DNA from: Piedraia hortae CBS 480.64
Taxonomy: Eukaryota
DNA: 64,000 nucleotides
Direction of reading: 5' to 3'
NCBI GenBank assembly: GCA_010093745.1
Contig: MU005967.1
Span: 248,001-312,000 of the forward strand
Shown here: in pieces, positions 29,880 to 41,223 of the stretch
Numbering within the stretch: position 1 is the stretch's first letter
Layout of the letters: every line of letters starts with the position of its first letter
Notes under the pieces: model-generated
The model's input: only the letters and a program-made list of their open reading frames with translations
Database searches by the model: none
Told to the model about the DNA's origin: nothing
Position numbers and translations under genes: made by a program

Positions 29880-32171
29880 ATGAAATTCGAGATTGATGGT
29901 CTCCCGGTTCTCTTCCCTTATCCCAGGATTTACCCAGAACAATACGCCTACATGTGCGATCTTAAACGCACGTTGGATGCGGGCGGGCATTGTGTGTTGG
30001 AAATGCCGTCAGGGACCGGCAAGACTGTGTCGTTGTTGTCTCTCATCGTGGCCTATCAGCAATTCTACCCGGATCATCGAAAGCTGATTTACTGTTCTCG
30101 CACAATGTCAGAAATCGAAAAGGCCCTGCTGGAATTGAAAGCGTTGATGAAGTACCGAGCTGACCAGCTCAGTTATGAAGAAGATTTCCGCGGACTGGGA
30201 CTGACATCGCGAAAGAATCTGTGCTTACATCCTTCGGTCAAGCGAGAGAAGAGCGGTGCTGTCGTTGATGCTCGTTGTCGAAGCCTTACAGCCGGTTTTG
30301 TCAAGGAGAAGAAGGAAAGAGGCGAAGATGTTCCTGTGTGTATCTACCACGACAACCTCGATCTACTTGAACCTCATAATCTCATCCCACCCGGCGTTTG
30401 GACGCTCGATGGCATGCTTCAGTACGGTGAGCAGCAAAAGCAATGTCCCTACTTCACCGCTCGACGCATGATGCCATTTTGCAATGTCATCATCTACTCT
30501 TATCACTATTTGCTTGACCCCAAGATTGCTGAGCGCGTGTCAAAAGAGCTATCAAAAGACTGCATCGTAGTCTTCGATGAGGCGCATAACATTGACAACG
30601 TTTGCATCGAATCACTGAGCATAGATTTGACCGAAGACTCCCTGCGTAAGGCGGCCCGAGGTGCGAGTAATTTGGAGCATAAAGTTGCGCAACTCAAGGA
30701 AACAGATGCAGAAAAACTACAAAACGAGTATGCTAAGCTTGTGGAGGGACTGCGACAGGCCGACGAAGCGAGAGAGGAAGACGCCTTCATGTCCAACCCG
30801 GTGCTACCAGGAGATTTGCTGAAAGAGGCAGTCCCAGGCAACATCCGTCGAGCAGAGCATTTTGTTTCTTTTCTAAAGCGGTTCGTAGAATACCTTAAGA
30901 CGAGAATGAAGGTTCTGCACGTCATATCTGAGACACCACCATCGTTTCTGCAGCACTTGAAGGAGCTCACTCTGATCGAGCGAAAGCCACTACGCTTCTG
31001 TGCTGAGAGGCTTACCTGGCTCGTACGAACGTTAGAACTGACCAATGTGGAAGACTTTCAATCCTTGCAAGAAGTAGCAAGCTTCGCTACCCTCGTTGCC
31101 ACATACGATACGGGCTTCATCTTGATCCTAGAGCCCTACGAATCTGACACAGCAACCGTTCCTAATCCAATCCTGCGTTTTGCATGTCTAGATGCCGCAA
31201 TAGCCATAAGACCAGTGTTTGAGCGCTTCAGCTCCGTCATCATCACCTCGGGCACCATCTCTCCTTTGGAGATGTATCCCAAAATCCTCGGGTTCGACGC
31301 GGTCGTGCAAGAATCATACAGCATGACGCTCGCCCGTCGATCCTTTTTACCCATGATCGTCACGCGAGGCTCAGACCAGGCTCAGATATCCTCTGGCTTC
31401 CAAACCCGTGACGATCCCCAGGTTGTCCGTAACTACGGAAACTTGCTCATTGAATTCTCCAAACTCACACCAGACGGCGTAGTCGTCTTCTTCCCCTCGT
31501 ACCTATACATGGAGCGCGTCATCTCAGCCTGGCAACGCATGGAGATCCTCGACGGCATCTGGCAAAACAAGCTCATACTGGTCGAAACACCAGATAGCCA
31601 GGAGACGTCTCTCGCGCTGGAGACGTACCGAACGGCATGTAGCAACGGGCGCGGAGCGGTCCTACTCTGCGTCGCTCGTGGCAAAGTATCAGAGGGAATA
31701 GATTTCGACCACCACTACGGCCGCACGGTGATCTGCATCGGTGTGCCTTTTCAGTATACCGAGTCGCGTGTGCTAAAGGCAAGGCTGGAGTTCCTCCGTG
31801 AAAACTATCGCATCAGGGAGAATGACTTTCTCTCGTTCGACGCCATGCGGCATTGTGCCCAGTGTCTTGGGCGCGTGTTGAGGGGAAAGGACGACTACGG
31901 GATAATGGTTATGGCGGATAAACGCTTCGCGAGAAAGAGAAATCAGCTTCCAAAGTGGATTGCGGCTGCGTTGTTGGACGCGGATTCGCAACTCTCGGTC
32001 GATCAGAGTGTGGCGAGCGCGAAGAAATTTTTGAAGACTATGAGTAAACCTTTCCCTGCAAAATTGCAGGAGGGTACATCTACTTGGTCGTATAGGGATT
32101 TGGTGGAGCATCAGAGGAAGAATTTGGCTGCTACTGGGGGTATGGTGACTGAAGCGATGGAATTGGATTAA
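29880..32171 (+). CDS. RAD3: TFIIH/NER helicase XPD (Rad3/Rad15); intronless
   Basis: LEMPSGTGKT, Fe-S cysteines (RKNLC, ARC, C, CPYF), VVFDEAHNIDNVC, VARGKVSEGIDF and QCLGRVLRGK. Confidence 0.97.
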   Translation: MKFEIDGLPVLFPYPRIYPEQYAYMCDLKRTLDAGGHCVLEMPSGTGKTVSLLSLIVAYQQFYPDHRKLIYCSRTMSEIEKALLELKALMKYRADQLSYEEDFRGLGLTSRKNLCLHPSVKREKSGAVVDARCRSLTAGFVKEKKERGEDVPVCIYHDNLDLLEPHNLIPPGVWTLDGMLQYGEQQKQCPYFTARRMMPFCNVIIYSYHYLLDPKIAERVSKELSKDCIVVFDEAHNIDNVCIESLSIDLTEDSLRKAARGASNLEHKVAQLKETDAEKLQNEYAKLVEGLRQADEAREEDAFMSNPVLPGDLLKEAVPGNIRRAEHFVSFLKRFVEYLKTRMKVLHVISETPPSFLQHLKELTLIERKPLRFCAERLTWLVRTLELTNVEDFQSLQEVASFATLVATYDTGFILILEPYESDTATVPNPILRFACLDAAIAIRPVFERFSSVIITSGTISPLEMYPKILGFDAVVQESYSMTLARRSFLPMIVTRGSDQAQISSGFQTRDDPQVVRNYGNLLIEFSKLTPDGVVVFFPSYLYMERVISAWQRMEILDGIWQNKLILVETPDSQETSLALETYRTACSNGRGAVLLCVARGKVSEGIDFDHHYGRTVICIGVPFQYTESRVLKARLEFLRENYRIRENDFLSFDAMRHCAQCLGRVLRGKDDYGIMVMADKRFARKRNQLPKWIAAALLDADSQLSVDQSVASAKKFLKTMSKPFPAKLQEGTSTWSYRDLVEHQRKNLAATGGMVTEAMELD

Positions 32172-32206
32172 TGCTGCATTCGTACGTAGCTGCTAATGTA
32201 TTATTC

Positions 32207-33591
32207 TCATTCGGATTTTGAGATCATTATGCCGAATGGATCGCGGTCCACTTCGCTTACTGAGATGTTAATGTCTGCGCCATCTGCTTCGGCTGACTCT
32301 TGTCGAATGCGTGCCCACTGGTACGGTGTTAGCAAACAAAACTTCAGGAAAAAGCCAGCATAACTCACCTCTTTCCCAACTGCATCTTCCAGTTGCCCCT
32401 TGAGAACACTATGAAGAAATCCTCGCTCGGTATTCGAATGAAAGAGGCAAATAACACATTTTCCCTTCTCAATCGCCGCGAGAGCCTCATGATGGGATAG
32501 CTCACCAGTGAAGAGCAAATCCACGTCCTCTCCGGCCTTTTTCATCTCTGAGAATAAGTGTCCGCCGCTGCCGGCGCAGATGCCTATGCTGCGAATCGTC
32601 ATCTCGTTGGGCTGTTTGCCCTGCGGAACTGCGACCGGGAACCCCTTGGGATTACCCAGTCCGAGACCTATTCGGTCGATGATGTCTGTCAAGGGCATGG
32701 CTTCTGAGAAGCGGACTATGCGGCCCATGCCAGCTCCAGGGTAGCCTTCAACTTTTGCTGCTTGGATGGGATACCGTTTGTGCCTGTCTCCACCTAGTGT
32801 AAGCGCTGAACGATTGAGGGTTAGCTGGGATGGATGGTGCTGGAGCATGTATGTTGGGCGCGGAGGGTTTCCAACTTGAGATGTTGGGGCTTTAGAAGAC
32901 GCTTGTTCAACTGACTCCTTTTCTCCTTTGGAGTTGCTTGGAGTGCCAGTAACAATGTCGGCTAGCCAGTCGGCTAGACCGCCCTGCACTGAATCTACCG
33001 CCGTATGAGGGCAATATACCTATAGAGTTTTGAGTGCCATTCTACCTGCTGGCAGGAAAGGCAATACGTACGCTGATACCTGCTGCAGCTAGGCGTAAAA
33101 GACTTTGTTGCTGTGTGTCGCCAAATGTCAAGCTTTTAAGCCCTCGAAATATTATGGGATCTACACAGTTCATGGGTCAGTTTTTTGCTTACGGTACCTC
33201 AAAAGCATCACTCACGGTACGCAACTATGATGGAGTCTTTACGATTGATGGCTTCATCTGCCACAGCTTTGGTAAGGTCAATAGTGAGGAGAACGGAATT
33301 GCGCAATCGTCGAGATGGATCGAAGGGAGCTTCGAGGAGTACTAAGAACTCTATAAGCGGGTGAACGGAGTCATAATATATCGACGTACAACCAGTATTA
33401 TCAAAACTCTTGTCAGCAAGCCGTTCGGGATAACTTAGTCGAATATCAGCTTCGTTCTTCAATTCGCACCTCGAGTTGTCAAAATGCACTCACAGTCGGC
33501 GCATAGCATTGACTACGGCCCTCGAAAACGGTGCCAAGCCCATTGGCGAGCTCATCATGCCAAGAAAACGTCTTGCCGTGATCGAGTGCAT
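32207..33591 (-). CDS. NIF3: NIF3/Ngg1-interacting factor family protein, several introns; start at 33591 or 33558
   Basis: YPERLADKSFDNTG, VLLTIDLTKAVADEA, IVAY|HPIIFRGLK, YCPHTAVD, GICAGSG, LFTGELSHH and HSNTERGFL. Confidence 0.88.
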
Positions 33592-33954
33592 GCACTGTCA
33601 ACGCTCCCATTCCATTCCGAACTTTGATTGCACGAAATGCGTCGCGTCAATGGCTTAGTAAGCCTGTGGCACGGTCCAAGAAAACACCATGAAACATGAG
33701 CGGGGGTATCTCGGCTTTGGAAACTTTGTCTATAGACTGGTTGGAGTTGTGCGCAGTCAGATGCAGTTATCTGGTTTGGAGGAATCAGTTACGTTACCGA
33801 TCCAGTAAAGCATTCTTGGGTGAGACAGAGACATCACAATGCGGCGAGCTAGGGCTATACCGACCATGAGAATGATTTTATCGTGAACGATTGACATGGG
33901 CAAATGACTTGTATCAGCTATTTCCGCCCACCATTACACTAAAGCATAACAGCT

Positions 33955-34433
33955 TCATGCATTGTGCTTGGCGAAAGTCCTGCTCAATGCCTCGATGCTA
34001 TCCGACACCCTCTTGAAGTCATCCTTTTGCTCTCTGGCAAGTTCATGGATTGAATCCGCCGATGGATCGACATCCGCGTTGCTCCACTGACCCTTGAAGG
34101 TGTTGAACTGCACCTTGGTGTCATGGCCGTAGATGTCCTTCGACTGGTTTGACGGGAGGCCGGTCATGGTCGAAACGAGCTCCAGTAGCTCATGCACGTC
34201 ATCCTTGGGTACCTCGCCAGTTTTCTCAGAGAATTTGGTCTCGCTGTTGTAATGGGTTACACGGACCGTGGCTGGACGATTGGGCTCGCCAATGATTTCA
34301 ATCGTGTGCTTGGGATGGCCTGGCTCACGTTAGTGGCGGTGGCTTGATATTGGCCATCATGCATACCGGAAAACGGCTTGGTGAGATGGATATCGAATTC
34401 ATCCGATGGCGGTGGTGCTGTTTGACGAGGCAT
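33955..34433 (-). CDS. Hypothetical protein of about 140 aa, 2 exons
   Basis: ATG at 34433 (MPRQTAPPPSDEFDIHLTKPFS), intron GTATGC...CTAAC...CAG, continuing in frame into the 33955..34197 ORF (LPSNQSKDIYGHDTKV). Confidence 0.7.
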
Positions 34434-35267
34434 TCTGAAGTGCAGAGTTGATTGAAGGATGTGGTTGTTGGAGAAGATGGCGTGTGTTTGTCGTGCAAGA
34501 GAGCTACAACATGAACAATTGTTCGCTGTGACGCAATAGTGTCGTCATGGAGGGGCATTTGGTGGAGCATGGATCTTCATTTTGCAGAATCCACTTTGCA
34601 TCTTTGGAATGTAGACTGTGTAACTGAGTTCGTCTCTCGGAAAGGGGAAAGTTGTTCCATAAAATGGACAAACTGAATTAACATCCTGGATGCAAGATAC
34701 TTGAAGAGTTTCGGACACCAGCAGAGAACCCATAAGTATTCATTGATCAATTGTGCACAGGTATTCAAATACAACATAGCCAAACCTCCCATGCCAACCC
34801 CGCAGTGCACAGCAGCAGCAGTCAAACTATTCCACGTTGTGTTACACCTAATTTCTCACAGAACCATAACATCACATCGCAAGCCGCAAGGCCAACAACA
34901 CCCATATAGCCCATATTGCTCCCCAGATCCTGGCCTAGATCTCGCAAGTTATATCAAGTTCCCTTCATTGACGAATAGGCTTGGCTGTTTATGAATGTGG
35001 GACTTTACCACAGTGCTCACCAAAGCTTGCTTTAATACGTGAAAGGAGGACGCACAGCTTGGCGTTCACATGCACAAAGTAGGATTTCAGCTTCGGCTAT
35101 GAACCACACGAAAGGTACATACCTATGACTTTGACCAAGATGTCCGGACTCGTTCACAAAGTTAAAGTATATGCACATAGAGACAGAGAGCATGGAGAAA
35201 ACTGAAAACAGTATGATAAGTTCGATATCACGAACCTTCGCGTGCCAATGAAAAAGAGAGTACGCAT

Positions 35268-36800
35268 TTACCTAAACTCAGCATCCACGCTCTCATATTC
35301 GGTCAAGAAGCCCTTGAAGCACTTGACACCCAGACCTGGGTCTAAACTGCCGGTTGTGGCTCTGATAGAATGCATGCTCAACTGCGGGATGCCCGCATCA
35401 ACGGCACGCACGCCAAGAGCGGAGCTCAGCATTGGGCCAACGGTACCGCCGGAACGGGAGTCATTCCTGATCTGGAAGATTTGCAGCTTCGAGCCTACAC
35501 GCTCGGCACAGCGCTGGAGGATGGCCGTGGAGATGGCGTCGGTTGTCATGTGGCCGTTGCTGTCGGCAGTGATTGAAACCCCGACGTTGAGTCGTGGGCT
35601 GTGATTGCGAAGGTAGACTTCTTCAAAGTTTGGGTTCACGGCATGGATAACGTCAGAGGAAACCATGAACGAATTGGCGTACGTGCGGCCCATGAGATCC
35701 GGGGTGGCATCCCCATAAGCAATGTCGTGCACGACTCGCTCCAGTACGGATGACAAGAGATTGCCCCGTGCGCCTTGGCGCAAGTATGAGCCAATTTCTT
35801 CATCATCGAAGAGTCCGACGACGCGAATGACGCTGCTACTCTGCTGATTCTCGCGCGTGGCTTCAATGAGGGCTTGAATGGCTGCCCAGGAGCACAGTTT
35901 GTCATCGATGCGGCCGGCAAAGATAAATTCCTTGTCTAAGCCGCCGACAGTGGCTGGCTGGTGGTCGTACAATTCAAGTTCCCAGTTTATAATGTCGTCG
36001 TAGTTTCCCTTTTTCAAGCCAAGCTCTTTGGCAATCGCCTTTACCAACCTCGGAGGTTGGGTGCTGACGAAGGAACCGGAGCTGGCTGATTCATCTTCCG
36101 TCCCCTCGAGTCCGATGATGGGGACCATTTGGGTTTCTTTGTTGAAGGGGCCATTGGATGGAGTGCCAAAATGAGGTGCCAATGTGGGAATGCGAGCAAT
36201 GGGCCAATTGAGCTTCACGAGCTTCGTGACTATCTTCTTGCCTTCCTTAACCAAGACACGTCCACCAATGGCCAGATCGCGGTCCCACCAGGTATCACTG
36301 AGAGCACCGGCATAGGGAGCAACACCCAGCTGGACGAAGCCCGACTTGTTGGGGATTTTGGAGACGGGCTTGAGTTTGGCGGTGAGAGCGTCAATGTGGC
36401 CAGCTAAAATAGCAGCACCATTGCCGGGTTCATACATATTCCCGATGGAGAAGGCTATAAGAGAGGACCCATTGCGCTCGACAAAGTAAGAGCGGCCAGG
36501 TCGGATATCCCACTCATCTCGCTCTTTCAATTCTTGGAACTCATTTTCCGCTAGCTGAGCCTTCACGGCCTCTACAGCATGGAAGACTGTGGGATTGTTG
36601 GTCAGAAAGTCACAGAACGGCTGAGTATAGCGCGCTGCATCATTGGGGATCTCTTCCTCTGCTTCGACCACCTCGCCGAGCTCAAGACTGGCCAGTCGAT
36701 CCAGTTCCTTTACTTGTTCCTTCATCCTCGAGACTTGCTCGGCCAGCATGTTACGTTTGGACATTGTTACTCCTACAGAGGGGATGAGCCTGCGGACCAT
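35268..36800 (-). CDS. M18-family aminopeptidase (vacuolar aminopeptidase I/Lap4-like); start may be 36800, 36764 or 36749
   Basis: AGHIDAL, WWDRDL, IARIPTLAPH, RIDDKLCSW, FDDEEIGS, SSDVIHAVNPNF and QLSMHSIRA. Confidence 0.9.
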   Translation of the reverse strand: MVRRLIPSVGVTMSKRNMLAEQVSRMKEQVKELDRLASLELGEVVEAEEEIPNDAARYTQPFCDFLTNNPTVFHAVEAVKAQLAENEFQELKERDEWDIRPGRSYFVERNGSSLIAFSIGNMYEPGNGAAILAGHIDALTAKLKPVSKIPNKSGFVQLGVAPYAGALSDTWWDRDLAIGGRVLVKEGKKIVTKLVKLNWPIARIPTLAPHFGTPSNGPFNKETQMVPIIGLEGTEDESASSGSFVSTQPPRLVKAIAKELGLKKGNYDDIINWELELYDHQPATVGGLDKEFIFAGRIDDKLCSWAAIQALIEATRENQQSSSVIRVVGLFDDEEIGSYLRQGARGNLLSSVLERVVHDIAYGDATPDLMGRTYANSFMVSSDVIHAVNPNFEEVYLRNHSPRLNVGVSITADSNGHMTTDAISTAILQRCAERVGSKLQIFQIRNDSRSGGTVGPMLSSALGVRAVDAGIPQLSMHSIRATTGSLDPGLGVKCFKGFLTEYESVDAEFR

Positions 36801-36807
36801 TGGAGCG

Positions 36808-38439
36808 TCAAGCTCGACGCGTCGCGTGAGGCCCCTGGGTCACGTGGGCGCCTTTTACGCCGACAACCACCAGATTCCGGGGGCTCAGTGCGTAGTCGAA
36901 CACCGGCTCGACCCAGGCCTCGGCAACTTCTTTCTGTTCCTTGAGCCACAGCCAGCGGTCCGTCACAATTACCGCCTCAATGACGCCGGCCGAGAATGCC
37001 ATCAGACTCCAGACGATGCTGAGATCCTTCTTTCGGCCTTGATATTGTGCTTCGTAGCGTGCAATTTCCTCGTCCGTTATGCTTTCTGGAGCCAGTTTCT
37101 CGCGGAAAACTGCACCCATTGTGACATGATCATAAAGCTTGGCGAGGGCGCCACGAACATAGCTGACAAAATCCTTATAACAGGATTTCCTCAAACCACC
37201 GATAACAATTGGTGTTCCACTGGAATGGCCCGCTGGACTGCCACCTTCAAAATCTGGATGGGGAGGTCCAATGACTTCGCGATCTAGCAGAACTCGTTGC
37301 AGCAGGGCACGGTAGAAGTGCCTAACAAAAAAGCTCTCACTGTCTTCCGGGCCCCAGTTCTGTGGGGCCTGTACAGCCATCATGCGTGAAGTTATGTTTA
37401 GACGCAGCTTGGCATCGCAGAGCCGCTGTGACATGGGGAAGCCGTGCGGGTCACCTCGTGACCATCTGAAGGCGTTTGCTGCCGGACGCGTGTCTGCTTC
37501 TGGCATTGCTGATGAATTTCCCAGTCCCGGAAGCTTGTACGTCGGAGGGCCTAGACGCTCAGTAAGGAGGTTGTAGCAACATCCAACCATGGCCACCGCG
37601 TGGACTGCCGGATTCATGAGCAGACTGCGAAGTCCGTGATGTACGAGATTGCCACAGGAATGCAACGACATGACCATTAAATTTGGCGAGCTGTGGTCGA
37701 CTTTCGCCACGATATCTGCCAGGTCACCGTCTTGGATGCTGTGCTCTATATATCGTATCCGGTTGAGAGGAGGTTCATCCTGTACCGTTAGAGCCGGATC
37801 GGTGGTATCCAAACCAGCTCGGAAAGTCTTTTTGTTTCTCATTAGCCTCTGCTTGGTGGCCAGTTTGGCTTTAACGTCAAAGTCCTTTGCTCGCTCAGAG
37901 TTGTGGCTTTTGCTTTCAATGGCTATGATGTTCCTGTAGAACGGCTCGCTGGCAAGAGCCCGACCAAGGTAGTTCTGTCCAGAGCCGAAATCCACCAAAT
38001 GAGTAATCCCGGGTATGCCTTGGGCGAGACTGTCGATGTAGTGAGCAAACTGGCCGACTTCGTGGACTTTTTTGACGTTCATCCCAACAACCACATGGCG
38101 GGCAAGTTGTGACTTGCGTAGTTGTCTGGGCTGTCGACAGAGCAGATGGTTCCGCACGACACTGATGTAGTCTAGAAGGCTTTGCGGGATGTCTTGAGTC
38201 TCCAGTCTCTCTCTCATCAGCAGATCTAGCACTCGGAGCGGCTCTTTGGTGGAGAAGTATAGCCTCCATTCCTCTGGCAGAATGCGTGAGTAGAGGTCGG
38301 GGTTTTCTGTCGTGAAGAAATCTAGGATGTGCACTCGGCCGCAAAGAGTGCGCAGTAGAGAATTTGAGGCGACAAAATTCAGCAGTGAGTTAACATATTC
38401 GTCGACGGAGTCAAAGGCAGCATCGTGTGGCAGGCTCAT
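36808..38439 (-). CDS. SAM-dependent methyltransferase, METTL25/RRNAD1-like
   Basis: GMNVKKVHEV, LVDFGSGQNYLGR, SLHSCGNL, VGCCYNL, GFPMS and VFDYALSPRN. Confidence 0.85.
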   Translation of the reverse strand: MSLPHDAAFDSVDEYVNSLLNFVASNSLLRTLCGRVHILDFFTTENPDLYSRILPEEWRLYFSTKEPLRVLDLLMRERLETQDIPQSLLDYISVVRNHLLCRQPRQLRKSQLARHVVVGMNVKKVHEVGQFAHYIDSLAQGIPGITHLVDFGSGQNYLGRALASEPFYRNIIAIESKSHNSERAKDFDVKAKLATKQRLMRNKKTFRAGLDTTDPALTVQDEPPLNRIRYIEHSIQDGDLADIVAKVDHSSPNLMVMSLHSCGNLVHHGLRSLLMNPAVHAVAMVGCCYNLLTERLGPPTYKLPGLGNSSAMPEADTRPAANAFRWSRGDPHGFPMSQRLCDAKLRLNITSRMMAVQAPQNWGPEDSESFFVRHFYRALLQRVLLDREVIGPPHPDFEGGSPAGHSSGTPIVIGGLRKSCYKDFVSYVRGALAKLYDHVTMGAVFREKLAPESITDEEIARYEAQYQGRKKDLSIVWSLMAFSAGVIEAVIVTDRWLWLKEQKEVAEAWVEPVFDYALSPRNLVVVGVKGAHVTQGPHATRRA

Positions 38440-41223
38440 TTTGTTTGTGTCTCCAACAAAGTGACAGAGCGCGAAAAAGATCGAGCCAAGCCGTGGAGTG
38501 CAGCCACTGTCTTGCCCACGCATTTACTCGTAGGTCATAACCTTGTGCGGGTTGGTCGAAGGCTTCAGGGAGGGGCAAACGAACTGTCGCAGTGTGGACT
38601 GAAGTGGAGCGGCAGCGTAATCTTGCCGTATGATATGTACTAAATGCTGGACGCAATAAACCAAGGTAGATACTGATGGGGCATTTGTATGGATGCTTGA
38701 ACTCTGCAGACAGAACACAAGGACTATTGTTTGGGGGCGAGAGGCGGAGCCCTGGAACCCACGCTTGACGTTTTCAACAGCCTCGAATTGTATATCGAAA
38801 TTATCATACTTGAACACGTGATCATAAGCTACATATCGAAGCCACCGCTAATCTCTAGAATTTTTCACCTCCTTCCCGCTTTGGCGTCAATACAGTCTGA
38901 ACAAGGCTTGTTCCTAAGGAGAAAGAAACAATGATTAACAACCTGCCTTATCATACAACGACATCAGAGTACCCCTCTTCCGTGTAATATACAGTGTAGG
39001 ATAGAAGTTCTCCCCCATCCTGAACGAGTGAGTACCCGACTTCCTGCCTCTTGGAACTATGATCTTCTTCCAGCTGGTCGAACTTTCGTTTCCGTTTCTC
39101 CCGTTCTCGCCGGCGTACTTCCATGGCTTGTTTGTATATGTCACGCAAGTTTTGGGCATATTCATTCCTGACCGGCGTAGCAAACGACAGGCGATGGAGA
39201 TGCGTATCAATCGTTTCCAGTGACCCACATTCGCCATTGCACGGTTGACAAGGGCCCCATGCATGGTTACTGGAAAAATCTTCTCGTCGCTCTATTAACC
39301 CGTTTACTTTGAATGATTCTGGTGCGTTGGTGTTCTCTGGTATGTCCAGGGTTGGTTCAGTTGGTCGGCAGTGGGTTTGGTCTCCCGTCGACATCGCACT
39401 GTGGTTGATAGTACATCGTGGTTGGTATGAAGCGAGTAATGAAGGGGCCATGCTGTTGAAGTCCTGGCTGCAAGTATGGTAGGATTTGTTCTAATGTTGT
39501 GTGTTGCCGGCAGATCGCAGTGGGATGTTGTGGTATAATTAGGAGCGGCCCGATCCAATACGGGCCCGACCCGTGCGGCACACGACGCCTTATGATAGAA
39601 CCTTGTGCCTTTTCCTTCATACCTAACTATCATCTTCATGCATTGTTCTGTCCTATTCTCTAGCCGATAGCCCTCCACAATACCTCTCATCCGGTCGTCC
39701 CGCTCTCACGGCCCCACGGAATACTAGAGAGCCTATCTGGCACGAATATCTGTCCGCTAGCATATCAAGGCATTTGCTGTGTCCAAGTGCCTTTGGGTGT
39801 ATGGAGACCCGATTGGGGGTGCTGGCAGTCTGCTAGGAAGAGAGTTCGATATATGCACCGCCATATTCAGGTTTGACTTCCCTTCCAAATCTTCTAGCAC
39901 AGATCAGCCGAACAACAACACGCATCACTTCAGCACAAGACGTCACTCTTGCTGAATTAAGATGCCTTTATCCGGGGGAAGAAATCTCGCTTCCCCCCCC
40001 CCCCCCCCGCCCCACCACCCCCCTTGGTAGGAATTCCTTCCCATGGATAGAACATGAAAAAATCAGTCAACACCACAGTGCAAAAGGCCCCCATCCTTTG
40101 ACCAGTCAGCACCACGAAATCTATCACAATGGCGGAAGAACAAGAACTCATACACCTCGTTCAATTCCTCCAAGACGTTGAACGCCTTAGTGATGGCTGT
40201 TCGCGTTGCCTCAATCTGGGCGGGGCGTTCAACCATTCGCCCAGCATCTGCCCACGCCAGCCAAATCTCAACCTGATCCGGCGCCTGGTCCACTTCAGGG
40301 GCCCACCCGGCCGTCTGCTTTGTGTCCGGCCGACCCAGGTATGCATAGGCGCCTTTTTCAATGGAGATATGTCATGCTCAGGGTATGTGTCGGTGAGGTG
40401 GAAAGGGCCCTGACGACCACCAATGACTAATATGCCGTGGCCAACATAGTGGCCAACTGGGATAGTGAGATCACCATCCAGGGCCCACATGGCCGTCTCG
40501 CCGCGTGCATCAGATTGCAGCCGCGGCCATATCGGACGCCTTCGAGAAGAGGGATTGCTGGAAAAGCTCTTCCGTCGATGGTAAAGCCCTTGCAGCATAT
40601 AAGGATACTGTAATGCACCATTCAGTGTTGCAATCGACGCACCAGAATATTGTTATTGATGGCCCCTCGTGGAGTCTGCCGTAATCACCCCGGTACTCGA
40701 TTTGGCCGCCATCTCGGCCTTGCGTCCTGTACACAACCATGCATGCCTGGATGGCAACAATCCTACGGCGTTGGTGCCTGCAAATATGTTTCTCCAGCTG
40801 AACTGGTACAATTTCAAGGACAATGTCCTGAAGAGCAAGAATTTGGCGAAGTTCCATGTTAGGCTTGCACACCACCAGGTAACCGAGGAGGATCTGGCTG
40901 AAGAATACTTACCCCACACTGAGCAGCACGCTGAGAACGCTGACAGGCATGCAACGGGGGACCTTGGTCTGACGTTTCAGCGCATGGAAAATGGACGCAA
41001 ATGAACGATGCACAATGTCCCATGAAGCTACACAGTTACTAACTGTCACGCCCATCGCATGTCCTCTTGAATTGGTTTTATACATTAATTTTACAATCTC
41101 ATATTACCTAGCTACTGCCAGAGGTTGGGCTTGGGAGCGTTATGCAAGCTATGTATGCCAATATTACAGTCACTTGATTTACTCCCATAACTACCCTTCC
41201 TAGCCGATGTGCGGCGCTGCCAT

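Noticed and set aside
38951..39451. 166-aa minus-strand ORF
   Set aside because: No recognisable domain, so it is not supportable as a gene. It is covered under the degenerate-island finding.
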